Origin: a virus
Virus record (IMG/VR): IMGVR_UViG_3300020472_000001
Length of the DNA stretch: 56,057 nt
Direction: 5' to 3' (one strand)
Positions 23,055-31,749 of this stretch are shown piece by piece (position 1 is the stretch's first letter; the number at the start of each line of letters is the position of its first letter). Position numbers and translations under genes: made by a program. The notes under the pieces are model-generated. The model did not search any database. It saw only the letters and a program-made list of their open reading frames with translations, and was not told the DNA's origin.

Positions 23055-24919
23055 CTTCTACCGTCTGACTTAATATCTATACGTGTAGCTCCCAATCTCC
23101 ACCCTATTGATAAATTGCCATTATTAGAAGCATCATCATCAGACTCAAATCTAAGTGCTATCTGTCTAGATCTACTTCTTACAAATGCTTGTTGAGTAGA
23201 TGAGCTGATTGTACTGGTAGAATTTGTTGTAAGACTATCGCCAGGAAAGTTTCTTGTTTTTAAAACTACATTTACATTACCACTATTATCATCTTGTATA
23301 AATTTATAGTCGGGTATAATTCTTTTTATAAACGAAAACTGATCACCATCTCCTATATCTAAATCAGAACTTTCAATAAAGACATTTGTCATAGGAGAAC
23401 CATCGTCATTAAATCCTAGCTCTTGTTGGTACAAGTATCCGCCACTTACAGCTCTTGGGAAATTTTCAATGCCAGAGTCAAGCCAAGCAGTTCTAGATAA
23501 TTGTCCGTAGAACCAGATACCCTCTACATAATTGTATATAACATATCTATCTACTTCGGTTGCACTACTAGAACAATAGAACCAACCTACCTCACTTTTA
23601 TCTTTTATAGTAAATGCATTTATTTTAAATGATTGACCTAAATTTATATCACTAAATACATAATTGTGAACTGAGCAAGGTAAGGTTTGAACATTACCGT
23701 TATATGAATAAAAGTTGTTATAACTCATCCAATAAACACCACTAGGGGTTGTTATAGCTGCCTTAGGACCTATTAGGCCTGTACCCTCGTTAATTAGATT
23801 TACTCCAAAAGTAAAAGGCGGTCCAATAAATTGCATACTGTATAAGGCCGTATCAGTCCATATAAGTATTTCTTGTCTAGATTTTACACTACCAATAATA
23901 GAAGAACCTGAAGATAGTCTTAATGATCCTGCTGTATTGGTAGATAAGGGTTCAAACTCTAAATCATTTTCTTGATCACTAAATGCTATAAGCATAGGAT
24001 CTATAGTGCCAGTCCTTGATGATCCAGATATGGGGTCAGCACCTAAGACAATTAAATGTCTGTCAGTTTCTGATGTAATAACCTGTAATCCTTTCGTAGG
24101 CACTAGATTTGCACCTGATATACCAGATAGTTCTACGGCTCTAGTGCTAACTCCATTTTCTTCTGTCCACTTATAAATACCAGCATTTCTTTGATTTATT
24201 ATTAGATCTTCACCAAAATTATCATGTGTCCATATTCTTAATTGGTTAGTGTCACTTAATAAAGAGGTGCTACCAAAGGTACCAGATCCCCAACCGTTCA
24301 CTCCCCACCCTGTACTAGGAACATACACATCTAAACCAACATTAACTTGATAAGTGCCAACAACAGATGATCCACCGTTTCCGCTATCAGAAGCATTTGC
24401 TGTAACGGTAACACCAGAAGTATTTTTTGCTTCTATAGTATAACTATTTGGATTTATTATTGTTGCTATTTGGTATTCTTGATTTAATACATTTGAATTT
24501 ACATTACCACCTAGCGATACAGCACCTGAAAATGTTACAAAATCATTTTTTACAGCACCGTGTGCGGTATCTGTCACAGTTATCGTTGCATCTCCATTAC
24601 TTGCGGCAAAAGTTACATCTCCTGCTGATGTGGTTAATCTTATTGGTGTTATATCGTTAAAAGCAGAACCCAACTCTATATAGTATTTTAAATGTGTGCC
24701 TATTCCTAAAAACTTTGTGCTATCTAAAGAAATCCAGCCATGTAATGCTCTTGCAGTTCCTAGGTAAGTATTGGTAGTTTCTTTTGCCCAACCACCAAAC
24801 TTTTCTGGTCTACCTTTTCTAAACCTTACAAGATTGCAATCGAACCAACCACCCTCGTTATCGTAGGCGGTACCTTCTCTATTTATACCTGGTCTAAATG
24901 TAAGTTTCTGTAAAGGCAT
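23051..24919 (-). CDS. putative tail protein (622 aa)
   Basis: Large beta-rich ORF in the late operon with N-terminus LTFRPGINREGTAYDNEGGWFDCNLVRFRKGRPEKFGGW. The function is inferred from context only. Confidence 0.45.
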   Translation of the reverse strand: MPLQKLTFRPGINREGTAYDNEGGWFDCNLVRFRKGRPEKFGGWAKETTNTYLGTARALHGWISLDSTKFLGIGTHLKYYIELGSAFNDITPIRLTTSAGDVTFAASNGDATITVTDTAHGAVKNDFVTFSGAVSLGGNVNSNVLNQEYQIATIINPNSYTIEAKNTSGVTVTANASDSGNGGSSVVGTYQVNVGLDVYVPSTGWGVNGWGSGTFGSTSLLSDTNQLRIWTHDNFGEDLIINQRNAGIYKWTEENGVSTRAVELSGISGANLVPTKGLQVITSETDRHLIVLGADPISGSSRTGTIDPMLIAFSDQENDLEFEPLSTNTAGSLRLSSGSSIIGSVKSRQEILIWTDTALYSMQFIGPPFTFGVNLINEGTGLIGPKAAITTPSGVYWMSYNNFYSYNGNVQTLPCSVHNYVFSDINLGQSFKINAFTIKDKSEVGWFYCSSSATEVDRYVIYNYVEGIWFYGQLSRTAWLDSGIENFPRAVSGGYLYQQELGFNDDGSPMTNVFIESSDLDIGDGDQFSFIKRIIPDYKFIQDDNSGNVNVVLKTRNFPGDSLTTNSTSTISSSTQQAFVRSRSRQIALRFESDDDASNNGNLSIGWRLGATRIDIKSDGRR

Positions 24920-24921
24920 AG

Positions 24922-25365
24922 TTAAACCTCATGCCATTCTTTGCCTTCGAATAGCAAAGCTTCTGCTTCTCTGCGTCTTATAAGGCCTTGTAAAACTTTT
25001 CCACCTGCTTTGTTCCACCTTTTAATTTGTGATGGCACTTCTTCGAATTCTTTATTATTTAAAACTTTTAGCATAGTAGAAGCTTTGAGATTAGATGGGC
25101 CTAGATTAAAAACCCAACTTACTAAAGCATCAAATTGGTTTTGATCAAGATCAACAGTAACGCTATCTTTTACGTAACCTTCATATTCGTCCATTTCATG
25201 TAACAATAAACTATCAGCTTCTTCTTGTGTAATAGTGTCGCCTTCTTTAACACCTTTGGTTGAGCCATATCCTATAGTCAAAACGCCAGCAGCACACTTA
25301 TATGCTTCTAATTCACAACCTTCAAACTTTTTAATTAGCGATAAACCTTCTTGTGATATTTTCAT
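24922..25365 (-). CDS. endolysin, GH24 (T4/lambda-type) lysozyme
   Basis: LIKKFEGCELEAYKCAAGVLTIGYG...QNQFDALVSWVFNLG...GLIRRREAEALLF. I prefer the ATG at 25365 (AGGAG RBS, 1 nt after the holin stop) over 25422. Confidence 0.92.
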   Translation of the reverse strand: MKISQEGLSLIKKFEGCELEAYKCAAGVLTIGYGSTKGVKEGDTITQEEADSLLLHEMDEYEGYVKDSVTVDLDQNQFDALVSWVFNLGPSNLKASTMLKVLNNKEFEEVPSQIKRWNKAGGKVLQGLIRRREAEALLFEGKEWHEV

Positions 25366-25366
25366 A

Positions 25367-25846
25367 TTACTCCTTTTTGTCGCTGGTATTAGATGCTCCA
25401 AAATAGAACGAAATAATTGCACTTGCTAATCCTCCAAGATAACCAAGCACTAAATTAATAAGTGCTTCGCTGTTTTGTTCTGGTGGTTGAATTGTTACTA
25501 AAAATATGTAACCCATAAAGCCACCTATAGTAAATAAACCTATAATTCTAGCAGTCCAGTCTTTGCTAAACATACCTCTAGCGTGTTGTTTATCTGCTAC
25601 TTCTAGCTTAAATACATCAACATCAAGCTCTTTCATTTGTACTTCAAACTCTTGTTCAGCTTTTTTAATCTCCATCATTTGTTCTGGTGTAGCATTTTGT
25701 ATTGCTTGTTGTACTGATTTTTGATCATTAGATACACCTAATACTTCAGCTATTTTACCCATAGCCATACCGCCTAAGGGACCCCCCATAGCCGATCCTA
25801 AAGTAGGAGCTACCGCACCTATAATATTTTTTAGTAATCCCTTCAT
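25367..25846 (-). CDS. holin-like membrane protein (GTA_holin_3TM/DUF3154-like)
   Basis: Gly-rich N-terminus (LGSAMGGPLGGMAMGKIAEVLG), a central ADKQHAR motif and C-terminal TM segments. It lies immediately upstream of the lysozyme. Confidence 0.6.
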   Translation of the reverse strand: MKGLLKNIIGAVAPTLGSAMGGPLGGMAMGKIAEVLGVSNDQKSVQQAIQNATPEQMMEIKKAEQEFEVQMKELDVDVFKLEVADKQHARGMFSKDWTARIIGLFTIGGFMGYIFLVTIQPPEQNSEALINLVLGYLGGLASAIISFYFGASNTSDKKE

Positions 25847-26058
25847 ATTAAAAACCTCGTTAAAACTGCAATACCTATAGCACCAATAAAACCAAACACC
25901 CCAAAGGTTGCAGCTTTTATGGTTGAATTTATATAAGTTATTTCTTGTTTGATGTCAGAAAACTCATTAAAAGCAGTTTTCCAACGTTCATGCGATATTG
26001 TTTCTAGCTTTGTAAGTCTTTCTGCAACATCATTTACTGTCATTTTTTTATTAACCAT
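25843..26058 (-). CDS. small tail-anchored membrane protein (71 aa)
   Basis: Helical N-terminal part and a single C-terminal TM (ATFGVFGFIGAIGIAVLTRFLI). It sits between the cyclase and the holin. Confidence 0.65.
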   Translation of the reverse strand: MVNKKMTVNDVAERLTKLETISHERWKTAFNEFSDIKQEITYINSTIKAATFGVFGFIGAIGIAVLTRFLI

Positions 26059-27811
26059 CTTGTAATGTATATATTTTAATTGGCTTTTCTTTACCTTTTA
26101 CAAAAATACTATCAAGTTCTTTTAACAATACTTCGTTGCTAAAATTACTTGAACTGATAGTATCATAACCTATAACAATATCTTCACCAACTTCTTTGGT
26201 TGAGCTCTCTAGTCTAGCTGCAAGGTTTACCGCATCCCCTATAGCCGTATAATCAAACCTATCTTCAGACCCACAGTTACCTAACAATGCAAAACCTGTG
26301 TTGATTCCCACGCCTATTTCAACATTAATATCTGCTTTCTTAATGTTTTCTTGAATATCTCTAGCACATAATACTGCAGCAGTTTCATGTCCTGGTAGGT
26401 CAATAGGAGCATTAAATACGGCCATCATAGCGTCACCTATGTATTTATCTACCATACCTCCATACTCTTTTACTGCATCAGCTTGTATTGTTAGAGCTTT
26501 GTTCATAATCTTAGTAACTTCTTCTGGCTCTAGCTTTTCAGACATAGCAGTAAAACCTCTCACGTCAGTAAAAAGAAACGTGCAATATCTACGCTCACCA
26601 CCAAGCACTAGAGAACTAGGGTCATCCTGTAGTTTTTTGACTTGTCTTGGATCAAGATAGTGCTCAAACTGTTTCTTAATCTGTTGTCTTAGTTTGTATT
26701 GTTGTCTAAATCTTAAATAAAAAGCTATAGATCCTGTAATAAACTCTGATATAAGTGTCCAAGATACATCTACCAACATCCCTTTGTTTATAAGGTAATA
26801 ACCTAACCCCCCACTTATAATCATTAGAAGTGTTGCAACAGCAATACCCCAGGTAATACCTAGTATGTGTAAAGCAAACCATACAAAAGTAACAAAGGTT
26901 ATAAGTATTGTAAGCTCTGCTGCTAAAGACCAATCGGGTATATAAGGACTATTTTCTATAAGTATTGATTCTGCGAGTGCAGCTTGGATTCTATGTGGTT
27001 CTAGTAAGCCTACAGGTGTAGCTATTTGTGGCATCACACCATTAGCAGTTACACCTACAAATACAAACTTACCTGCTACATTCATTTCTTTTAAATCAGT
27101 TTGTGGTGTGTCAACCCAGCTTATCCACTTACGGCCAAGACTATCTGTTTTAACTGGCGGTATACCCCTTATTGATATTTCTGATATACCATTATCATTA
27201 GTTTTTATAATGTATGTTTTTACATTAAACAAGGCCTTATATATTTGTGTACCAAAACTAGGTATCCATTCGTCGTTAGGTGTTTTGACTAAAAGAGGTA
27301 TTCTTCTTACAAGTTGATCTACATCTGTGGGAGCAATAGCTAAACCAGTTAGCGTGTTGTTTGCTAATAGAGGAAGGTTTTGTTTTACTCCCAAACTAAG
27401 TATACCACCATTATTATTACCCATAACAACTGTACCAGGTGATGGAGGAAAGTTACCTTTACCATCTTCAAACATAGCTATAACAGAGGGTGCGTAACTT
27501 AGTGCTGTTGCAAACATTTCATCACCACCCATACGATCAGCCTGTGGGAAAGATATAACCCAACCCACACCTATAGCTCCTTTGTTTAGTAAGTCTATTT
27601 GTATTTCTGCAAGTCTTTGTCTTGGTAATGGATAACCACCTTCACGCTCTACATCTTCTTCAGTAATATTAAGTATGACAAAATTACCAGACTCTTGAGG
27701 TGTTTGTATAAAGTTATCAAATACTTTTAACTTAAGTATCTCTGTAGGCGTGCTTTGAAATAATAATGGTAAGGATAGTATTATAACTACAGGTAATAAT
27801 AGTCGTTTCAT
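26051..27811 (-). CDS. CHASE2 sensor domain / class III adenylate-guanylate cyclase
   Basis: Signal/TM segment, about 280 aa periplasmic domain, a TM cluster (aa about 295-370), then the catalytic core FLFTDVRGFT...VDKYIGDAMMAVF...IGVGINTG...FDYTAIGDAVNLAARLES. Confidence 0.88.
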   Translation of the reverse strand: MKRLLLPVVIILSLPLLFQSTPTEILKLKVFDNFIQTPQESGNFVILNITEEDVEREGGYPLPRQRLAEIQIDLLNKGAIGVGWVISFPQADRMGGDEMFATALSYAPSVIAMFEDGKGNFPPSPGTVVMGNNNGGILSLGVKQNLPLLANNTLTGLAIAPTDVDQLVRRIPLLVKTPNDEWIPSFGTQIYKALFNVKTYIIKTNDNGISEISIRGIPPVKTDSLGRKWISWVDTPQTDLKEMNVAGKFVFVGVTANGVMPQIATPVGLLEPHRIQAALAESILIENSPYIPDWSLAAELTILITFVTFVWFALHILGITWGIAVATLLMIISGGLGYYLINKGMLVDVSWTLISEFITGSIAFYLRFRQQYKLRQQIKKQFEHYLDPRQVKKLQDDPSSLVLGGERRYCTFLFTDVRGFTAMSEKLEPEEVTKIMNKALTIQADAVKEYGGMVDKYIGDAMMAVFNAPIDLPGHETAAVLCARDIQENIKKADINVEIGVGINTGFALLGNCGSEDRFDYTAIGDAVNLAARLESSTKEVGEDIVIGYDTISSSNFSNEVLLKELDSIFVKGKEKPIKIYTLQDG

Positions 27812-28929
27812 TAATCACTTTGAGTGATAGTTATAACGCTGTCACTCCCTCCATTTATTTTAATTATATTTGAAATACCATCTTGTATCAAAATAACTGT
27901 ATAGGCGTTACTACCATTAAGATCTACTCTAACGCTTTCGCTTACCTCTCTCCTAAGACTAACAACGTTACCTGTAATTAAAGCTGTTATTTGTGTTTCT
28001 GGATCTTTGCCTAATAAAGTACCAGATAATTGTGTGCTAGTGGCTTGTGCTAGTTGATCCTCTTCATCCGCTACTTCTAATGCATCTAGCACATTTAATA
28101 AATCTTCTAGGTAGTTTACATCCAGGTAATTTATATCAAGTTCTGTAAATTCCAAGTTATCTTCTTTTAGATAATCATCTGCTAAATAGTCTATATCGAG
28201 ATCATTAAAATCAAGTACGCTATCTGTTTGTGTGCTTGTAGCTTCTTCTTCTATTACTACTTCTTCTCTGGGTGGTGTAACAATAAGCATATTGTCTATA
28301 ACATCTAGTGTTAAATCTAATATTACGGGTTTGCTAGGAGCTGACTCAAATACGCTTACTGTAGTAGCTTCGTAGGGTTTATTAAGTAAAACTGTTCCCA
28401 TAGCAGTAACTACCTCTATTTCGCCACTAGAGAGCCCTAGAGAGTCTGGTAGAAGTATTATAAGACTACGGCCTAGTTCATCTACTGTAGCTGTAAAATC
28501 AGTACCACGAATAGCTATATTAGCCGTAGGTGTCTTGAGTATGATGTTTTGTTTATCTATACGGTTAAGATTGCCTGTAATAAACCTAGCTGTACCAAGT
28601 CCAAAGGTAAGTGCCATCTTTGCTTTGCTTGGATCTGAATCGTAGATATATTCATCAATAAAAAGCTGCGAGTTTTCTGTAAGCTTTACGACTGAATCAT
28701 CAAGAAAAGTAATAGCCATACGGCCATCTTTTGTAATGGCTTCATCATTACTTTGTATAGCGAACTTTAAATTAGCATCATACGGCTTATCTCTAAATAT
28801 CTGAGCTGTACCGTTAAGTTCGGAAATATCTCCTATATCAACAGCTTGTGCTTGTACCTTGGTCGTTTTGAATGACACAAACAGTAGAAGCAGAAGTGCC
28901 AGAAATGGATATGATTTTAAGCCAGTCAT
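27811..28929 (-). CDS. secreted FecR-domain protein with acidic C-terminal extension
   Basis: Signal peptide (FLALLLLLFVSFKTTKVQAQA). FecR pattern: ITKDGRMAITFLDDSVVKLTENSQLFI...GTARFITG...LKTPTANIAIRGTDF. Confidence 0.8.
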   Translation of the reverse strand: MTGLKSYPFLALLLLLFVSFKTTKVQAQAVDIGDISELNGTAQIFRDKPYDANLKFAIQSNDEAITKDGRMAITFLDDSVVKLTENSQLFIDEYIYDSDPSKAKMALTFGLGTARFITGNLNRIDKQNIILKTPTANIAIRGTDFTATVDELGRSLIILLPDSLGLSSGEIEVVTAMGTVLLNKPYEATTVSVFESAPSKPVILDLTLDVIDNMLIVTPPREEVVIEEEATSTQTDSVLDFNDLDIDYLADDYLKEDNLEFTELDINYLDVNYLEDLLNVLDALEVADEEDQLAQATSTQLSGTLLGKDPETQITALITGNVVSLRREVSESVRVDLNGSNAYTVILIQDGISNIIKINGGSDSVITITQSD

Positions 28930-29566
28930 TATCTTGTGTACTCAGTTGTGAGATATTAAAAGTTCTTGAACCACCAGTATGATCTAACCAAAAATATCCG
29001 CCTGCTGAGGCATTAACACCTGTTCCTGTATAAGTTACTGTATTATCAGAACCATCTATATCCATATAGTTAGTTGCTCCATCAATATTAATATTTGATG
29101 TAACTGTGTTATTTGAACCATTAATAATCCAATCTAAGTCAAGTGATGCAGCTAGTGCCGTTGTACCTTGATTTAAGGTAAATGTATTACCGCTACCTGT
29201 TACATCAACATTCTGGTTTGAGCCGTCAGCACTATAAGTATCTGTAGGATCTACCTGAATAGTAAATGAATTAGTACCGCCATCAAACTCATAAAAACCT
29301 GTAAATGTGTCAGCGAATATATCACCAAGAAACTTATTAGTTGCACCAATCATGTTGATGTCTAAAGTCATGGTGTTTCCATCTAAATCAAAAGCATTAA
29401 CGCTTCCAGCCGTTGAATTCAAACCACCAATAATATTAGATATACCTAGTTGTTCTAGGTCTATATTTGCACCCGTACCTGACTGGTCCACATAAATTTC
29501 GTTATCAGCCGCGTAACTTGTCCATACACTCAGCATCACAAGTAGGCTTATTAATTTCTTCATCAT
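28838..29566 (-). CDS. secreted curlin-repeat-like beta-solenoid protein (putative CsgA-type substrate)
   Basis: Signal peptide (MMKKLISLLVMLSVWTSYAA). Degenerate repeats IYVDQSGTGANIDLEQ, VDVTGSGNTFTLNQ and IDGSDNTVTYTGTG resemble the curlin Q-x-G-x-G-N-x-A-x3-Q units. Confidence 0.6.
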   Translation of the reverse strand: MMKKLISLLVMLSVWTSYAADNEIYVDQSGTGANIDLEQLGISNIIGGLNSTAGSVNAFDLDGNTMTLDINMIGATNKFLGDIFADTFTGFYEFDGGTNSFTIQVDPTDTYSADGSNQNVDVTGSGNTFTLNQGTTALAASLDLDWIINGSNNTVTSNINIDGATNYMDIDGSDNTVTYTGTGVNASAGGYFWLDHTGGSRTFNISQLSTQDNDWLKIISISGTSASTVCVIQNDQGTSTSC

Positions 29567-30404
29567 TTAATTTTACTCCTTGGTTTTCTTTTTGTAAAAC
29601 CCAATATTTTCTGTTATAACCTATTTGCACCAGTTCAAGGACAGCACCTTCTATAGCTTTCATCAAAGCTATGGTAGAAGATTCATTTCTAGCGTTACCT
29701 AATTCTATTTCCACTAACTCAGTATTTGCCTCAATAAACCTAAACACATCTTCAGATTTACCATAGCTAAATATAGTCTTTTGACTTAATACTTCTAGTA
29801 ATACTTCGCCTGTAGCTACAGACACCATTCTAAGTGAAACTGTTATATTGTCTTCTCTATACTGTACGCTGTTTCCAATACCAAGATACCTGGCTCCTAC
29901 GCCACCAGACTCTAAATTAGCTTCGTAAGATATAACGGCACCTTCTATTAAGATACCTGCAAATAATAATGGTCTAAGAGCTTTATTTTTGTCTTCTTCT
30001 GAGGCAGTTTGTTCTCTTGCAGAACGTATGAGCTGTCGTTCTTTAGTAAGATTGTCTAATCCTACCCGTTCAACCACCCTAAAGAAATTACCGTCTCCTG
30101 CGTGTTTTAAAGCTCGTATAAGTAATGCGTTTGGTTGTTGTGTTATAGCTGTACTAAATAGTGCAAATTCACTATTGCTTTTTCTTTGTCCTGTTTGGTC
30201 TGTAAAAGCAGCAGGGTATACCGCTACTACAGGACTAACTTCTGGTATTGGTACGTTTTTAAGCTCTTTAGACTGTAAATCCTTAATTGATACAACATCA
30301 CTTCTATTAAATCTTTGCTCGTAAGTGTCTTCGTATTGGTCAAATATAGAGCAACTAGAAAGTAAAAGTACCAATAGGAATTGAAATCGAGGTAATTGTT
30401 CCAT
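29505..30404 (-). CDS. csgG: CsgG-family outer-membrane lipoprotein channel
   Basis: Lipobox LLSSC. Full-length resemblance to E. coli CsgG, e.g. LIEGAVISYEANLESGGVGARYLGIG, ITVSLRMVSVATGEVL, VFRFI and ALMKAIEGAV. Confidence 0.88.
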   Translation of the reverse strand: MEQLPRFQFLLVLLLSSCSIFDQYEDTYEQRFNRSDVVSIKDLQSKELKNVPIPEVSPVVAVYPAAFTDQTGQRKSNSEFALFSTAITQQPNALLIRALKHAGDGNFFRVVERVGLDNLTKERQLIRSAREQTASEEDKNKALRPLLFAGILIEGAVISYEANLESGGVGARYLGIGNSVQYREDNITVSLRMVSVATGEVLLEVLSQKTIFSYGKSEDVFRFIEANTELVEIELGNARNESSTIALMKAIEGAVLELVQIGYNRKYWVLQKENQGVKLNDEEINKPTCDAECMDKLRG

Positions 30405-30855
30405 CTTGTTCCGTTATTTTTAGGGTTAGTGTTACGCCATCGCTAGTATACTCTATAGTGTTACCTTCTAATGTAATGGTTCCAGAACTTTGTGGCGTTT
30501 CACCAAACAAGTTATTAACTAGCTGCCTTGATAACTCTGCATAAACTCTTGATTCTAAGTTACGCATAAACCTTGCAAGTGTAGAGTTCTCTTTCTCTCT
30601 TTCTATCTCATCTTGTATGGCTTTGATTTCTTCTTTGATAGTTAGCTTACGACTAAACTCTTGGTTCTCTATAGTTAGATAGTGTGAAGAGGTACCAACG
30701 CCATTAAAACTAGGTGATTTAAACTTGTGAACTATTTGATCCGACCAAAGGTTTTGTGCAAATATACCAACAAATAATAGTGCACCTATAACAGCAACTA
30801 CTTTAATTATCATATCTTTTTCTTGTTCTGAAGATTCAATCTTTCCTTTGGTCAT
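30355..30855 (-). CDS. csgF: CsgF-like protein (start possibly the ATG at 30813)
   Basis: TM/signal segment followed by HKFKSPSFNGVG (compare CsgF FQFRNPNFGG). C-terminal TLEGNTIEYTSDGVTLTLKITEQDGTITSISIP resembles CsgF [28 protein letters not shown]. Confidence 0.65.
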   Translation of the reverse strand: MTKGKIESSEQEKDMIIKVVAVIGALLFVGIFAQNLWSDQIVHKFKSPSFNGVGTSSHYLTIENQEFSRKLTIKEEIKAIQDEIEREKENSTLARFMRNLESRVYAELSRQLVNNLFGETPQSSGTITLEGNTIEYTSDGVTLTLKITEQDGTITSISIPIGTFTF

Positions 30856-31186
30856 CTCTATCCGCCTTTGCTAACCTGTCGGTATGCATAAGTTGTGGTA
30901 CACCAAGTATAGTCTTGAGAAGTGTGTCTTGTCTAATTATCTCGTTATCTACAGATCGCACTCTATCAATAAGAGCAACTAAAATACCGTGTTGTGAGTC
31001 TAGTTTTTGACCTAATCGCTGTTCTATTTCAGATATTTGTGCAGAAACTTTCTCATCCAGGACATCAACCTTAGTTTCCATACCGTCAATAATTTTATTA
31101 ATAAGCTTCCAAATAAATAACCCTAAACCTATAGCTGCTGCTATTGGAAAACCTACTTCATTAATTAATTGAACTACTGAGTCCAT
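30836..31186 (-). CDS. small N-terminally anchored membrane protein (116 aa), BhlA/YvrJ-like N-terminus
   Basis: The TM segment QLINEVGFPIAAAIGLGLFIWKL is followed by a coiled coil. The family assignment is tentative. Confidence 0.45.
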   Translation of the reverse strand: MDSVVQLINEVGFPIAAAIGLGLFIWKLINKIIDGMETKVDVLDEKVSAQISEIEQRLGQKLDSQHGILVALIDRVRSVDNEIIRQDTLLKTILGVPQLMHTDRLAKADRDDQRKD

Positions 31187-31191
31187 TTGAT

Positions 31192-31572
31192 TTAGTAGTC
31201 ACCCCAAACCTTGCTTTTGGTGCCTCCGTGGTACTCAACTGCGTGTCCTTCATCTATAAGCATTTGGCAAATATCTTTACCATCTTCTGTGTAAGGTATG
31301 CCGAGAATACGTCCATATTTACCTTTACCAAGTGATTTAACTTTAAAACTACCGCAACATAACTCACCAAGCCTTGCTTTAGCAGCTAAACCTAGTTTTT
31401 TTTCAGCAAGATCACGTGTCCTGGATTCTGGAGTATCAATTCCTGCTAATCTAACTCTTTGTTTATGTAGTTTTACATCAAAACCTAGATCTAAAATACA
31501 ATCAAAGGTATCTCCGTCTACAATACGGTCAAGTGTTGCGTTATAGACAAAAGCATCTGGTGATTTAGCCAT
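31192..31572 (-). CDS. staphylococcal-nuclease-like (SNase/thermonuclease) endonuclease
   Basis: DGDTFDC...VRLAGIDTPE...KGKYGRILG...LIDEGHAV fits the SNase fold signature. Confidence 0.8.
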   Translation of the reverse strand: MAKSPDAFVYNATLDRIVDGDTFDCILDLGFDVKLHKQRVRLAGIDTPESRTRDLAEKKLGLAAKARLGELCCGSFKVKSLGKGKYGRILGIPYTEDGKDICQMLIDEGHAVEYHGGTKSKVWGDY

Positions 31573-31748
31573 TACCCTATATTGTCTGTAGTAATTTTTG
31601 TTTTCTTGACTCTTTTAGTTGTATAAGCCTCATTAACATCTGGTGTTGATTTGTCATCAGCTACATAATGTCCTTTTTTGTTTCTTGATCTTACTTTAAC
31701 TTCTTCAGTACCAGTAAGGTTGTTCCAAAATCTTTTTAAAAAACTCAT
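31572..31748 (-). CDS. possible small basic protein (58 aa), not in ORF track
   Basis: Hand translation gives MSFLKRFWNNLTGTEEVKVRSRNKKGHYVADDKSTPDVNEAYTTKRVKKTKITTDNIG. TAATG overlap with the nuclease start. Confidence 0.4.
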   Translation of the reverse strand: MSFLKRFWNNLTGTEEVKVRSRNKKGHYVADDKSTPDVNEAYTTKRVKKTKITTDNIG

Positions 31749-31749
31749 G

